Assembly (NCBI GenBank): GCA_965223265.1
Contig: OZ244999.1
Span: forward strand, 4,064,001 to 4,128,000
Direction of reading: 5' to 3'
Length of the DNA stretch: 64,000 bases
Origin: Planctomycetota bacterium
Lineage (GTDB): Bacteria; Planctomycetota; UBA8108; SXIK01
Below are positions 30,413 through 41,197 of the stretch, one piece after another; position 1 is the stretch's first letter, and every line of letters begins with the position of its first letter. The notes beneath the pieces are model-generated. The model did not search any database. It saw only the letters and a program-made list of their open reading frames with translations, and was not told where the DNA came from. A program made the position numbers and the translations under genes.

Positions 30413-30538
30413 ATGTTGCCTCCAGGTCACGCGCAGCATGCTATCCGCCGTGCTACGTCGCCGTTGATTCGTTTCGGTTTGCTGCGAGTCGACCGTTTGG
30501 ACGTGAACCACATTGATCGACTCGACGTGTGGCTGAAG

Positions 30539-30991
30539 CTATTCGGTCGTTATGGTGCCACTCTTCTCTTCGAGGGCGGCCTTCAGGGTGTGCCAGGACA
30601 AGCTGGCACATTTGACGCGAGCTGGAAACTCACACACACCAGCGAAAACGGCCAGCTTGCCGAGCTTCTCAGTGTCGACTACGTCACCGGGTCGACCCGT
30701 GAGCATCGCATGAAAGCCTTCGAACAGTTCCTCGACTTCGGCCTTCGACTTACCCACAAGCAACTCTGAAAGCAGTGACGCTGACGCCATCGAAATCGCA
30801 CAGCCGGCACCGACAAAACTGATGTCGGTGACGACATCGTCTTCGACCTTTACATACAAAGTGATGCGATCGCCGCAAATCGGATTGTATCCCTCAAGCT
30901 GCGTGGTGGCGTCGTCCATGGCATGAAAATTCCGCGGACTCTTGCCATGGTCCAGAACGACCTCTTGATAGAGTTCCCGCAAGTCCGACAT
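30539..30991 (-). CDS. sufU: SUF system NifU-family protein SufU
   Basis: LYQEVVLDH, NPICGD, GCAISMAS, RVKCASL. Confidence 0.92.
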   Translation of the reverse strand: MSDLRELYQEVVLDHGKSPRNFHAMDDATTQLEGYNPICGDRITLYVKVEDDVVTDISFVGAGCAISMASASLLSELLVGKSKAEVEELFEGFHAMLTGRPGDVVDTEKLGKLAVFAGVCEFPARVKCASLSWHTLKAALEEKSGTITTE

Positions 30992-32265
30992 CAGCGAAAC
31001 ACCTCGTCAACCTTCCGCAGAGCCGACACCAGAGAATCCACTTCATCTCGAGTGTTGTAGAGAGCGAACGAAGCCCGTGCGGTGGCAGCAACGCCGTATC
31101 GCTCCATCACCGGCTGTGCACAGTGGTGCCCGGCGCGAATCGCAACACCTTCCGTGTCGAGTATCGTACTAATGTCGTGCGGGTGAGCGGCGTCCATGAA
31201 AAAGGAGAGAATGCAGACCTTTTGCTCTGCCGTGCCAAGGAGCCGCACGCCCGGGAACTCTTGCAACTGCTCTGTGGCGTATTGCAGCAACTCCGCTTCG
31301 TGCTGCGCCGCCGCTTCGAGTCCGATCTCGGCGAGAAAATCGAGGGCTGCACCGAGCCCGATCACTCCAGCGATGTTCGGTGTACCAGCTTCAAACTTGT
31401 GAGGCGCCTTTTTGTAGGTCGAGCCTTCGAACGTCACCGTCGAAATCATCTCACCGCCGCCTTGATATGGAGACATCGCCTCGAGCAGCTCGGCCTTGCC
31501 GTAGAGCACCCCGACGCCCGTTGGACCATACAACTTATGCGACGAAAACGCGTAGAAGTCACAACCCAACTGCTGGACATCGACTGGCAGATGGGCCGCG
31601 GCCTGGGCACCGTCGATCATGACCGTGGCACCCACCTCGTGTGCCCGAGCAACGATCTCGGCGACAGGGTTGACCGTTCCCAGTGCGTTCGAAGCGTGAA
31701 CGACGGATACGAATCGTGTCGCCGGACCCAGGAGTTTCTCGAAATCTTCAAGCTCCGCCTCGCCTCGATCATTCAGTGGTACCACACGCAGGCGGGCGCC
31801 CGTCTCTTCGCAAACCATTTGCCAAGGCACGATGTTGGAGTGATGCTCCATCCCAGAGATCAAGATTTCGTCTCCAGGACTCAGGCGCCGCCGGCAAAAT
31901 GCACTGGCGACGAGATTGATGCTCTCCGTTGTACCGCGCGTGAACACAACTTCGTCGGCCGATGCGGCCCCAATCCAGTCACGCACGCGTCCACGAACGC
32001 CTTCATAGTTTGCGGTGGCTTGCTCACTCAAATAGTGTAGACCGCGATGGATGTTGGCGTTTTCGTGTGAATAGTATTGCGACACACGCTCGATCACCCG
32101 GCGCGGTTTCTGTGTGGTCGCGGCGTTGTCCAAGTAGACGAGTTCTCGCCCACGAGGCCGAACGTCGAGCACGGGAAACTCAGCGCGAATCGCCTCGAGG
32201 TCGAGCTGCGGCCCTCGCCCCTGACGTCCTTGCTCTCCGCCGGCCCGATCTGTTAGCGCTCTCAT
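30991..32265 (-). CDS. sufS: Cysteine desulfurase SufS
   Basis: YLDNAATTQKP, EHHSNIVPWQ, SSHKLYGPTG, FEAGTP, RAGHHCAQP. Confidence 0.96.
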   Translation of the reverse strand: MRALTDRAGGEQGRQGRGPQLDLEAIRAEFPVLDVRPRGRELVYLDNAATTQKPRRVIERVSQYYSHENANIHRGLHYLSEQATANYEGVRGRVRDWIGAASADEVVFTRGTTESINLVASAFCRRRLSPGDEILISGMEHHSNIVPWQMVCEETGARLRVVPLNDRGEAELEDFEKLLGPATRFVSVVHASNALGTVNPVAEIVARAHEVGATVMIDGAQAAAHLPVDVQQLGCDFYAFSSHKLYGPTGVGVLYGKAELLEAMSPYQGGGEMISTVTFEGSTYKKAPHKFEAGTPNIAGVIGLGAALDFLAEIGLEAAAQHEAELLQYATEQLQEFPGVRLLGTAEQKVCILSFFMDAAHPHDISTILDTEGVAIRAGHHCAQPVMERYGVAATARASFALYNTRDEVDSLVSALRKVDEVFR

Positions 32266-33698
32266 GCTCCGTCGTCCTGCTGATTCCGTGATCCGTTGAG
32301 GCTGTCCGTGGGGCTAAATCCCTGCGGCAATCGATCAAACAGACGCTTCTCCAGCGCCCCCCTGAGATCCTCCACCGTCACGGTCGAGAGCACGTCGGCG
32401 GCGAACGCATAGGTGAGAAGCGCTTCTGCGCTCGCACGACTCAGGCCGCGAGACCGGAGGTAGAAAACCGCTTCACGGTCAAGTTCGCCGACGGTCGCAC
32501 CGTGAGTGCACTTGACATCATCAGCGTAGATCTCGAGCTCGGGCTTACTGTTCATCACCGCACTGCGCGAGAGGAGCAGGCTCTGATTCGACTGTTTTGC
32601 GTCCGTCTTCTGGGCGTCCTGAGCGACGTAAATCTTACCGTTGAAAACCCCCGTTGCGCGGTCACACAAGATGTTCTTGTAGACCTCCCAGCTTCGACAA
32701 TTCGGCTGCGCATGAACGATGCGAGTCTGGTTGTCCACATGCTCGTTCTCGCGCGCAACGACCAGGCCATTCAGGGTACATTCGGCCTCTTCCGCGCTCA
32801 GTACGACGTCGACATTGTTGCGAACCAACCCACCACCTAGGCAAACAGAGAGAGACGAGAACTTGCTTCCATGCGACTGCACCGCCGCGACACTGCCGAG
32901 ATGGTACGAGCCTGCCGTCTCGCACACGATCCGATAGTGATCGACCGTGGCGCTTTCAGCGGCGAAGAATTCGGTTACGGGATTAGTCAGTGCGGAACCC
33001 GATTCCAATCCGACGTACTCTTCGACAAACGTCAAATGCGCGTCCGTCTCAGCGACGATCAAATTGCGCGGATACTGGGCCGTTGGAGACGAGCCGCCGG
33101 TCGCTACGAAAACAGTATGGATCGGTTCCGGCACTTTTACCCCGCGCGGGACGTGGACGAACACGCCGTCCTGCATGTAGGCAGTATTGAGCGCGACGGT
33201 GCTGCGCTTCTCGACGCCCGCGCATGTTGACAGGCGTCTCTTCACCTCGGGGTCCGAGGCGAGAGAATCTCGTAGCGACACCACCTTGACGCCTGACGGC
33301 AGATCCCCGACGGAAGAATGCTCCGGGCAAAAACAGCCGTCGACGAAAAGCAAGCGAGTGCCCGCCAAACGAGATGTCAGCGCCTCCCAGTCGAGGTCGC
33401 CTCCTTCGGTGCGGGAGCGCGACTCGGCCCGAGTCCAACTCACAGGCTGAAACTCGATGCGTCCGAGCGGCTGAAGGTTGGTGTACTTCCAGTCTTCGTC
33501 GCGAACGGTCGGCAGACCCGTGTTTTCGAATCGCGCAATGCCTTGCCGCCGCAATGCGCCGACCCATTCCGACTCCTGCGCCGACGCGAGTGAGGCAAAC
33601 GCATCGAAATCCGCCACGAAGTTCCCCACAGCCTTCGCCCTCGCCGGACGGTTTGCGGTGCCGATTTTTGTTCCCACGTCGTCAGCTCTTGCAATCAT
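32262..33698 (-). CDS. sufD: Fe-S cluster assembly protein SufD
   Basis: EDWKYT, FNGKIYV, AQKTDA, KPELEIYADDVKCTHGATVG, FYLRSRG. Confidence 0.94.
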   Translation of the reverse strand: MIARADDVGTKIGTANRPARAKAVGNFVADFDAFASLASAQESEWVGALRRQGIARFENTGLPTVRDEDWKYTNLQPLGRIEFQPVSWTRAESRSRTEGGDLDWEALTSRLAGTRLLFVDGCFCPEHSSVGDLPSGVKVVSLRDSLASDPEVKRRLSTCAGVEKRSTVALNTAYMQDGVFVHVPRGVKVPEPIHTVFVATGGSSPTAQYPRNLIVAETDAHLTFVEEYVGLESGSALTNPVTEFFAAESATVDHYRIVCETAGSYHLGSVAAVQSHGSKFSSLSVCLGGGLVRNNVDVVLSAEEAECTLNGLVVARENEHVDNQTRIVHAQPNCRSWEVYKNILCDRATGVFNGKIYVAQDAQKTDAKQSNQSLLLSRSAVMNSKPELEIYADDVKCTHGATVGELDREAVFYLRSRGLSRASAEALLTYAFAADVLSTVTVEDLRGALEKRLFDRLPQGFSPTDSLNGSRNQQDDGA

Positions 33699-34453
33699 TT
33701 CGCGCCCGCAACCTCACTCTCGATCCAAGCGTAGCCCTTCTCTTCCAGCGTCAAGGCCAACTCCTTGGTTCCCGACTTGACGACTTGCCCTCGATAGAGA
33801 ACATGGACAAAGTCTGGCACGATGAAGTTCAGTAGCCGCTGATAGTGCGTGATGACGACGATCGCACGATCCGGGCCGCGTAGCGCGTTCACGCCGTCCG
33901 CGACGATCTTGAGCGCGTCGATATCGAGCCCTGAATCCGTCTCGTCGAGGATCGCAAGCTTCGGTTCAAGAACGGCCATCTGAAAAATCTCGTTACGTTT
34001 CTTCTCGCCACCGGAGAAACCTTCGTTCACCGACCGATTCAAGAGTGCGTCATCAAGCTGCACGACCTGGCTCTTTTCTTTCATCAACGAAAGAAAATCC
34101 ATGGCGTCGAGCTCAGGCTCACCTCGGTGCTTTCGTATCGAGTTGAGCGCTGTCTTTAAGAAGTAGGTGTTGGTGACCCCCGGAACCTCGACGGGGTACT
34201 GAAAAGCGAGGAAGATGCCTTCACAGGCGCGCTCCTCAGGCTCCATGTCGAGGAGGTCTTTACCGTCATAGGTGACTTGGCCGCCTGTCACCTCATAGTC
34301 CTCGTGCCCCGCCAGGACTTTCCCCAACGTGCTCTTGCCGGAGCCGTTCGGCCCCATGATCGCGTGAACTTCACCGGCGTTCACCTGCAGATTAACGCCG
34401 TGCAGGATGGTCGCGCCTTCGGCGCTGGCAGTAAGATTCTTGATTTCTAACAT
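33695..34453 (-). CDS. sufC: Fe-S cluster assembly ATPase SufC
   Basis: GPNGSGKST, FQYPVE, FSGGEKKRNE, LDETDSGLDID, ITHYQR. Confidence 0.96.
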   Translation of the reverse strand: MLEIKNLTASAEGATILHGVNLQVNAGEVHAIMGPNGSGKSTLGKVLAGHEDYEVTGGQVTYDGKDLLDMEPEERACEGIFLAFQYPVEVPGVTNTYFLKTALNSIRKHRGEPELDAMDFLSLMKEKSQVVQLDDALLNRSVNEGFSGGEKKRNEIFQMAVLEPKLAILDETDSGLDIDALKIVADGVNALRGPDRAIVVITHYQRLLNFIVPDFVHVLYRGQVVKSGTKELALTLEEKGYAWIESEVAGAK

Positions 34454-34570
34454 AACTCTTTGTTCGTACGTCGTTGTCCACCTCGCCGTCGATAGCACAC
34501 CTGACGATTTCAACCGAACAGGCGGATCTGTCGAGCGACGCGCTGACGTCAAAGTCAGTCGGCGTCTGAA

Positions 34571-36016
<1,446 letters not shown>

Positions 36017-36091
36017 TTGATTCTTCGTCTCCTAACAGTCTGCTTGAAAAAAAGCCTCGCGCTCACCCCGACGTCGCCGCCGCAGGATCGG

Positions 36092-36652
36092 TCACTTGTC
36101 TCCGTTTCCGATACGTGAAAGCGACACCAGGGCGGTGTGCGATGAGGTGGTCTGCTCGGCGGGCTTGTCCAGATCGTCAACTAAACGAAGCAGCACTTCA
36201 ACGTAGCCGCGCATCCAGTCTGCGACACTCTTCTCACTCGCGAGAAGGTCCGCTACGCTCGTGCGGTCGAGAATTGCGTCCAAGACGAGCTGCAGTCCCG
36301 ACCAAAGCGAGCGCACCGAACACTCGCTCGAGTGCACGCAGAACTGGCGGTCGCCGCGGAAACGATCGCACAACTGTGGTTCGTACATCTTGCCGCCGAG
36401 TGCTGCGAGCACCGCGCCAACCGAAATCTCCTCCGGCGGCAGCCTCAAGCGATAGCCGCCCTTGCAGCCACGGACACTCTCGACCAGATCGGCACGCGCG
36501 AGGATGCGAAAGAGCTTGCCCGCGTACTGCACAGACAGCCCTTCCGCGGCAGCGATCGAGCTCACCGTCTGAAAGTCCTGCTCGGCAGCAGTACTGCGCG
36601 CGAGGCCGATGAGGCATCGCAGCCCGTACTCTTCCTGTGCCGTAAACTTCAT
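36092..36652 (-). CDS. Rrf2-family (IscR/SufR-like) regulator of the suf operon
   Basis: YGLRCL, LV.SVRG.KGGY.L, three C-terminal Cys (C..C..C). First gene of the suf operon. Confidence 0.88.
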   Translation of the reverse strand: MKFTAQEEYGLRCLIGLARSTAAEQDFQTVSSIAAAEGLSVQYAGKLFRILARADLVESVRGCKGGYRLRLPPEEISVGAVLAALGGKMYEPQLCDRFRGDRQFCVHSSECSVRSLWSGLQLVLDAILDRTSVADLLASEKSVADWMRGYVEVLLRLVDDLDKPAEQTTSSHTALVSLSRIGNGDK

Positions 36653-36689
36653 AAACTAAACAACTTGCAACACAGATCGAACTGAAAAC

Positions 36690-36760
36690 AGAGTAAAAAC
36701 CTACGGAATTGTATTCTTTCAGCAGCGAAATTCCACAGTTTTGTAGGTTTTTTACACTCT
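36690..36760. promoter_or_regulatory. Inverted repeat, candidate Rrf2 operator upstream of the suf operon
   Basis: taaaaacctacggaattgt ... acagttttgtaggttttttac in an AT-rich patch ~40-110 nt before the regulator start. Confidence 0.5.
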
Positions 36761-36817
36761 GGCCCCCCGGCGCGGCGCAAAAGGGGTGCGAATCCGCCCG
36801 TGCAGACGGCGTCGCGA

Positions 36818-37465
36818 TCAGAGATCCTTCTTGCAGAGGTAAAAGTCGAGCCGCTCGTAGTCAGCGCTCAGTCGGTCATTGACTTCGTCCTCGGTCTTCG
36901 GTGGCGGCACGATGACCTTGTCCCCCGGCCTCCAATTGACCGGACAAGCTACGGACTTTGTGTCCGCCGTCTGCAGTGCGTCGACGGTGCGCAGCACCTC
37001 GTCGACGTTGCGACCGACGTTCAAAGGATAGTAGATGATCGCACGAATTTTTCGACTCGGGTCGATGACAAAGAGCGCGCGCACGGTGACCGTGGCACTC
37101 TCCTCGGGGTGCACCATGCCGTAGAGTTCGGCGACGTTGCGGTTCGAATCTGCCACCAAGGGGTACGGTAGACGCACGCTAAGAATACTCTCGAGGTTCT
37201 GCACCCACGCCAGATGGGAGTGAATACTGTCGACGGAAATCCCCATGAGTTTGACGCCTCGCTGCGCGAACTCATCACTGCGGCGGCCAAATTCCGACAG
37301 CTCGGTCGAACAGACAGGCGTGAAATCAGCCGGATGCGAAAAGAGTACCACCCAGCTATCACCGGCCCAGGACGCGAAATCAAGCTCACCATGGGTGGTT
37401 TGGGCATGAAAATCCGGGGCATCGTCACCTATGCGCGGAATCGGGCGAACGTTTCCATCGCTCAT
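36818..37465 (-). CDS. Peroxiredoxin (Prx6 family)
   Basis: FSHPADFTPVCSTE, TVRALFVIDP, YPLNVGRN.DE. AGGAG RBS. Confidence 0.92.
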   Translation of the reverse strand: MSDGNVRPIPRIGDDAPDFHAQTTHGELDFASWAGDSWVVLFSHPADFTPVCSTELSEFGRRSDEFAQRGVKLMGISVDSIHSHLAWVQNLESILSVRLPYPLVADSNRNVAELYGMVHPEESATVTVRALFVIDPSRKIRAIIYYPLNVGRNVDEVLRTVDALQTADTKSVACPVNWRPGDKVIVPPPKTEDEVNDRLSADYERLDFYLCKKDL

Positions 37466-37920
37466 CTTTCATCTCCTAAAATGTAGCGGCCCGCCTGAAG
37501 ACAGCGACGCGATCGAGAAGCCGAGCCTGTCACGCCTTAGTGCCACACCGAGCCATTCGTGCGAGTCTTCGCGCGCCGAGATCGCTTCGTGCAGGCAAGG
37601 GACGCTCCGAAACCTGCGAACACGGAGAAGCCGAATCGGCGGGCAACGTGTCGACGACAACGACACGAAACCTCTGGGTGCGGGGCCATAGTCGACCGCG
37701 TCAATACTCAAAACCGCAGAGAAAACGTGCGCCTGTGCCCTCGCAGAGCGAGCGGCTGGCAGGCACCCGGGAGTCTCTGAGAATTGCTGAGGACAAGAAT
37801 CGGTCAAATTATACCAAACCCCGAGGGAAGGAAAGAGACGTTCCCTTTGTTCTTGACGCGCCCTCAGAAGGACGAAAAAAATGGGGCCTCTCAGGGACAA
37901 CCACCACGAGGTCCAGCTCC

Positions 37921-39963
37921 ATGCAGGCTTGCACACGCCGCCGTCGCGGCACGGCACTCCACTTCGCCACGCTTTTGTCACTTCTCCTGCTATTGTCACA
38001 TCGATCGCCCACGCGAATCTCAACGGCGGCAGCCGACTCGACGGTGGCGGAGACCGTCGACACTCCACTGCAAAACGACGCGCTCGAGGGGTTTCAGAAG
38101 CCGACTCGAAAGAGCGAGTGGCGTCTCGAAGACGGTGTACTCACCGGCTCGACAGGTCCCGGGGTCCTCGCGACGCGGGCAAGCTACACGCATTTCGAGC
38201 TCGAATTCGAAGCCATTCTGAACGACCGCGCCAACCGCCGTGGCAACAGCGGCGTCTTCTTTTGGAGTTCCGGGCTCCAAGCCTTTCGCAATCGCTGGCC
38301 CGATGGCCCGGAGGTGCAGCTTGATCACGGCGATCCAAACTTCTGGACGGGTGCAGTCTGGAAACGCGCCAAGGCTCGGCCGACGGGGACCAAGGATGGT
38401 GAGTGGTTTCACATGAGGGTCCGCGCGGTTCGCGGCCTGGTCAGCGTCTGGGTCAACGGCGAGATGGCGACGGAATACGAATACGACGGCGAAGTGCGTA
38501 GCAGCCCGATCGCGTTCCAGATGCACCACCCGTCAAACGTGGTTCGCTTTCGCGATCTGCGCATTCAACGCTTGAGTCCTTCGTCGGAGGCTCCGTGGCC
38601 ACAGTTTCGCGGTCCCAACGCAATCGGCCAGCCGCAGCGCGACCAAACGCTCCCTGACGATCTGACGACCGCATCAAGCCGCCGCTGGCGCACCGCTCTG
38701 CCTCCAGGTCACTCTTCGCCGGTCGTTGCTGCGGGTCGGGTGTTCGTCACGGCGGTGAGAGGCTCTGCGACCGACGTTCAGCTCGTGACGCTCGCACTCG
38801 ACGCGGACAGCGGTGAGATAGAGTGGGAGCGAGCGGCACCGCACAAGGAGCTGGAGCGGGTACACCGGATCGGTAGCTACGCGCAGCCCTCTCCTGCAAG
38901 CGACGGCGACCGTGTTGTCGTCCTCTTCGGCTCGTCCGGTCTGACGTGCTACTCAGTCAACGGAACACAGCTCTGGAGCCGCCCGATGGGGCCGTTCAAC
39001 GATGACTTCGGTGCGGGGGCCTCACCTTTGATCGTGGACGATTGGGTGATTCTCAATCAAGACCATGACACAGGCTCTTTTCTCTCCGCCATTGACAAGC
39101 GCACTGGAAGGACGGTGTGGCGGACAGATCGCTCAGAGTTCCCTCGCGGATACGCGACGCCCGTGGTCTGGGGGCAAGGCGACAGGCGAGAGATCGTGGT
39201 TTGCGGCACCCTCCGGGTCGTTGGCTACGGCCTTCATGCCGGCGATGAAAAGTGGACGGTGCGCGGCATCTCCCGACTGGCCAACATGACTCCGGCGGTA
39301 GGCGCCGACGGCCGCCTCTATGTAGCGGCATGGGCGCCAGGAGGCGATACGACGAATCGTATTTCAGCGCCGCCGTTCGACACCGTCCTCGGCGAATTCG
39401 ACAGCGACGGCAGCGGCGATTTGCAGCCAGGTGAGCTACCTGCCGACGGTCCCATCGGACGACGTTACCGCCAAATCGACCGCGACAAGAACGAAAGGAT
39501 CACGCGCCTCGAATACGACGGCATGCGCGCGATCTTCGCACGGGCACGAAACGTGCTCTTGGCCATCCGACCGGGTGGGCGTGGAGATATCACGAAGAGC
39601 CACGTCGTGTGGACTCACGACCGTCTGCTGCCCTACGTGCCGTCACCCCTCGTCTATGAAGGGCACGTCTACATGATCAAAAACGGCGGCATCTTCTCGG
39701 CCGTCGAGGCAGAGACGGGCAGCCCTATCAAGCACGGCCGCGTCAGCGCCGGCGGCGACTACTACAGCTCACCCGTCGCGGGTGACGGCAGGATCTATCT
39801 GCTCAACCGCGATGGCGAACTGACCATCGTTCGCGCTGGTGCCGACTGGGAAGAGCTTTCCAGCGTTGAGCTCGGCGCCGAGACATTCGCCACGCCTGCG
39901 ATCGCCTCTGGAAGAATCTACGTGCGCACGAATGCGCACCTGCACTGCTTTGGCGATTCATAG
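37921..39963 (+). CDS. Secreted DUF1080 (3-keto-disaccharide hydrolase-like) plus PQQ-like beta-propeller protein with EF-hand-like insert
   Basis: W.LEDG.L, GNSGVFF, EVQL, GEWFHM, AFQMH, FRDLRI, then WPQFRGP, HSSPV, YATP, YVPSP, YYSSPV, FATPA. Start uncertain. Confidence 0.8.
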   Translation: MQACTRRRRGTALHFATLLSLLLLLSHRSPTRISTAAADSTVAETVDTPLQNDALEGFQKPTRKSEWRLEDGVLTGSTGPGVLATRASYTHFELEFEAILNDRANRRGNSGVFFWSSGLQAFRNRWPDGPEVQLDHGDPNFWTGAVWKRAKARPTGTKDGEWFHMRVRAVRGLVSVWVNGEMATEYEYDGEVRSSPIAFQMHHPSNVVRFRDLRIQRLSPSSEAPWPQFRGPNAIGQPQRDQTLPDDLTTASSRRWRTALPPGHSSPVVAAGRVFVTAVRGSATDVQLVTLALDADSGEIEWERAAPHKELERVHRIGSYAQPSPASDGDRVVVLFGSSGLTCYSVNGTQLWSRPMGPFNDDFGAGASPLIVDDWVILNQDHDTGSFLSAIDKRTGRTVWRTDRSEFPRGYATPVVWGQGDRREIVVCGTLRVVGYGLHAGDEKWTVRGISRLANMTPAVGADGRLYVAAWAPGGDTTNRISAPPFDTVLGEFDSDGSGDLQPGELPADGPIGRRYRQIDRDKNERITRLEYDGMRAIFARARNVLLAIRPGGRGDITKSHVVWTHDRLLPYVPSPLVYEGHVYMIKNGGIFSAVEAETGSPIKHGRVSAGGDYYSSPVAGDGRIYLLNRDGELTIVRAGADWEELSSVELGAETFATPAIASGRIYVRTNAHLHCFGDS

Positions 39964-40013
39964 TCGCTTTCTCGTCGTTGCGTGAACCGTCTAAACGGCC
40001 TCACGCGAGAGGG

Positions 40014-40058
40014 AAAAAAAGAGCCGAGCCGACCAATCGCACTGCGGTCGGCCCGGCA
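40014..40058 (-). terminator. Possible intrinsic terminator (minus strand)
   Basis: A7 run next to imperfect stem gccgagccgacc / ggtcggcccggc, just past the 40073 ORF stop. Confidence 0.5.
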
Positions 40059-40072
40059 GGTCGCAACCAAAT

Positions 40073-40288
40073 TCACCATGGCGTTGGCGGATCGCGCCAA
40101 CGCTGCTGTTCGATCCAGACGCTGAACTCTCGCTCCTCGGTGTGCGAATAGAACCCAGATCGTGCACGTCCGAGGTTGGAGAGCCAACGAACTAGCCGTC
40201 GGATGGTGGACGATCGTCTCGCCCCAGCGCCCTCAGGCGACGGATCGTCAACGGGCAGTGGCTGCTCACCATGGGTCGGGCAACACAT
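40073..40288 (-). CDS. Small hypothetical protein (71 aa)
   Basis: GAGGAG 8 nt upstream of ATG. Terminator-like hairpin directly downstream. Confidence 0.4.
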   Translation of the reverse strand: MCCPTHGEQPLPVDDPSPEGAGARRSSTIRRLVRWLSNLGRARSGFYSHTEEREFSVWIEQQRWRDPPTPW

Positions 40289-40564
40289 GAAAGAGGCTCC
40301 TCTCGTCTCGGATTTCGGTTTGATTTCGACTGCAATCGAGGCAGGGACGTGAACTTCATGGCAAAGGAGTCATGGCCGGCATCTCCCTGCCGCCAGGTCG
40401 GATTGAGGAATCTGCGGCCACGAAGTCCGTGGTACTTTGCGATCAGCGCGTCACGCGATACACCGATGGAGCGGAACGTGGAATCAGAACGAGTCATCGG
40501 AAACCTCCGGAAAAAGAGTGGTGAAAGCGGTGCGCTCACGCCGTCCGCGGCGGGGACGCACCGC

Positions 40565-40598
40565 AAAAAAAAAAACCCGCACGACGAATCGTGCGGGT
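40565..40598 (-). terminator. Strong intrinsic terminator (minus strand)
   Basis: Perfect 10-bp stem acccgcacga/tcgtgcgggt with a TTCG loop on the minus strand, followed by a ~10-U tract. Confidence 0.85.
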
Positions 40599-40632
40599 GA
40601 CAGTTTCGATTTCGTTGACGTTTAAGTCTTCG

Positions 40633-40869
40633 TCACGTGCCTCCCGCACCTGAAACGATGCCCCCCTTGGTGCCCCAATCGAGAATGCCGAGCATGCTCG
40701 GTCCATCGTTTTGACCACGATGCATCGCTACACTCGTCGGACCGCGGGTATCCACGACTTCGGACCGCGCGAACTCGACGCTGCCGGCCCGGCTCGGGGA
40801 AGCCGACGCACCGGGGCGTGCGGCAGGGGCGTACCGGGGGTGAATCTGGAATCTCATGTTCCGCTGCAT
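40633..40869 (-). CDS. Small hypothetical protein (78 aa)
   Basis: GGAGG 5 nt before ATG. Stop lies ~35 nt before the strong terminator. Confidence 0.4.
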   Translation of the reverse strand: MQRNMRFQIHPRYAPAARPGASASPSRAGSVEFARSEVVDTRGPTSVAMHRGQNDGPSMLGILDWGTKGGIVSGAGGT

Positions 40870-41197
40870 CATCACCTCCGGTTGCGGGGATTGAATTCGG
40901 CTTCCAGGTCCCACCTGTCTCGACGTCCTGTTAGGGCGTCACGTGACGGACATGCTCAGTCCGGCCAAAGGTGGGCAACAATCGACGCAGCCTAGTCGCT
41001 CATGACATCCAAGTCAAACTCAAAAACGTTCGGTCGACCTCGTGGAGCCGCCACTGCCGGGCGAGATTCCTATGGGCATTTCGAACGACCAAGCAGCACG
41101 CCTGTGATAGGATGCGCTCATGAAGCGTTTAGAATGCTTCCGACGGCGACAGCAATTGCTCGCCGCCGCCCAAAGGAGGCCTCGAGCACGCACGGCG

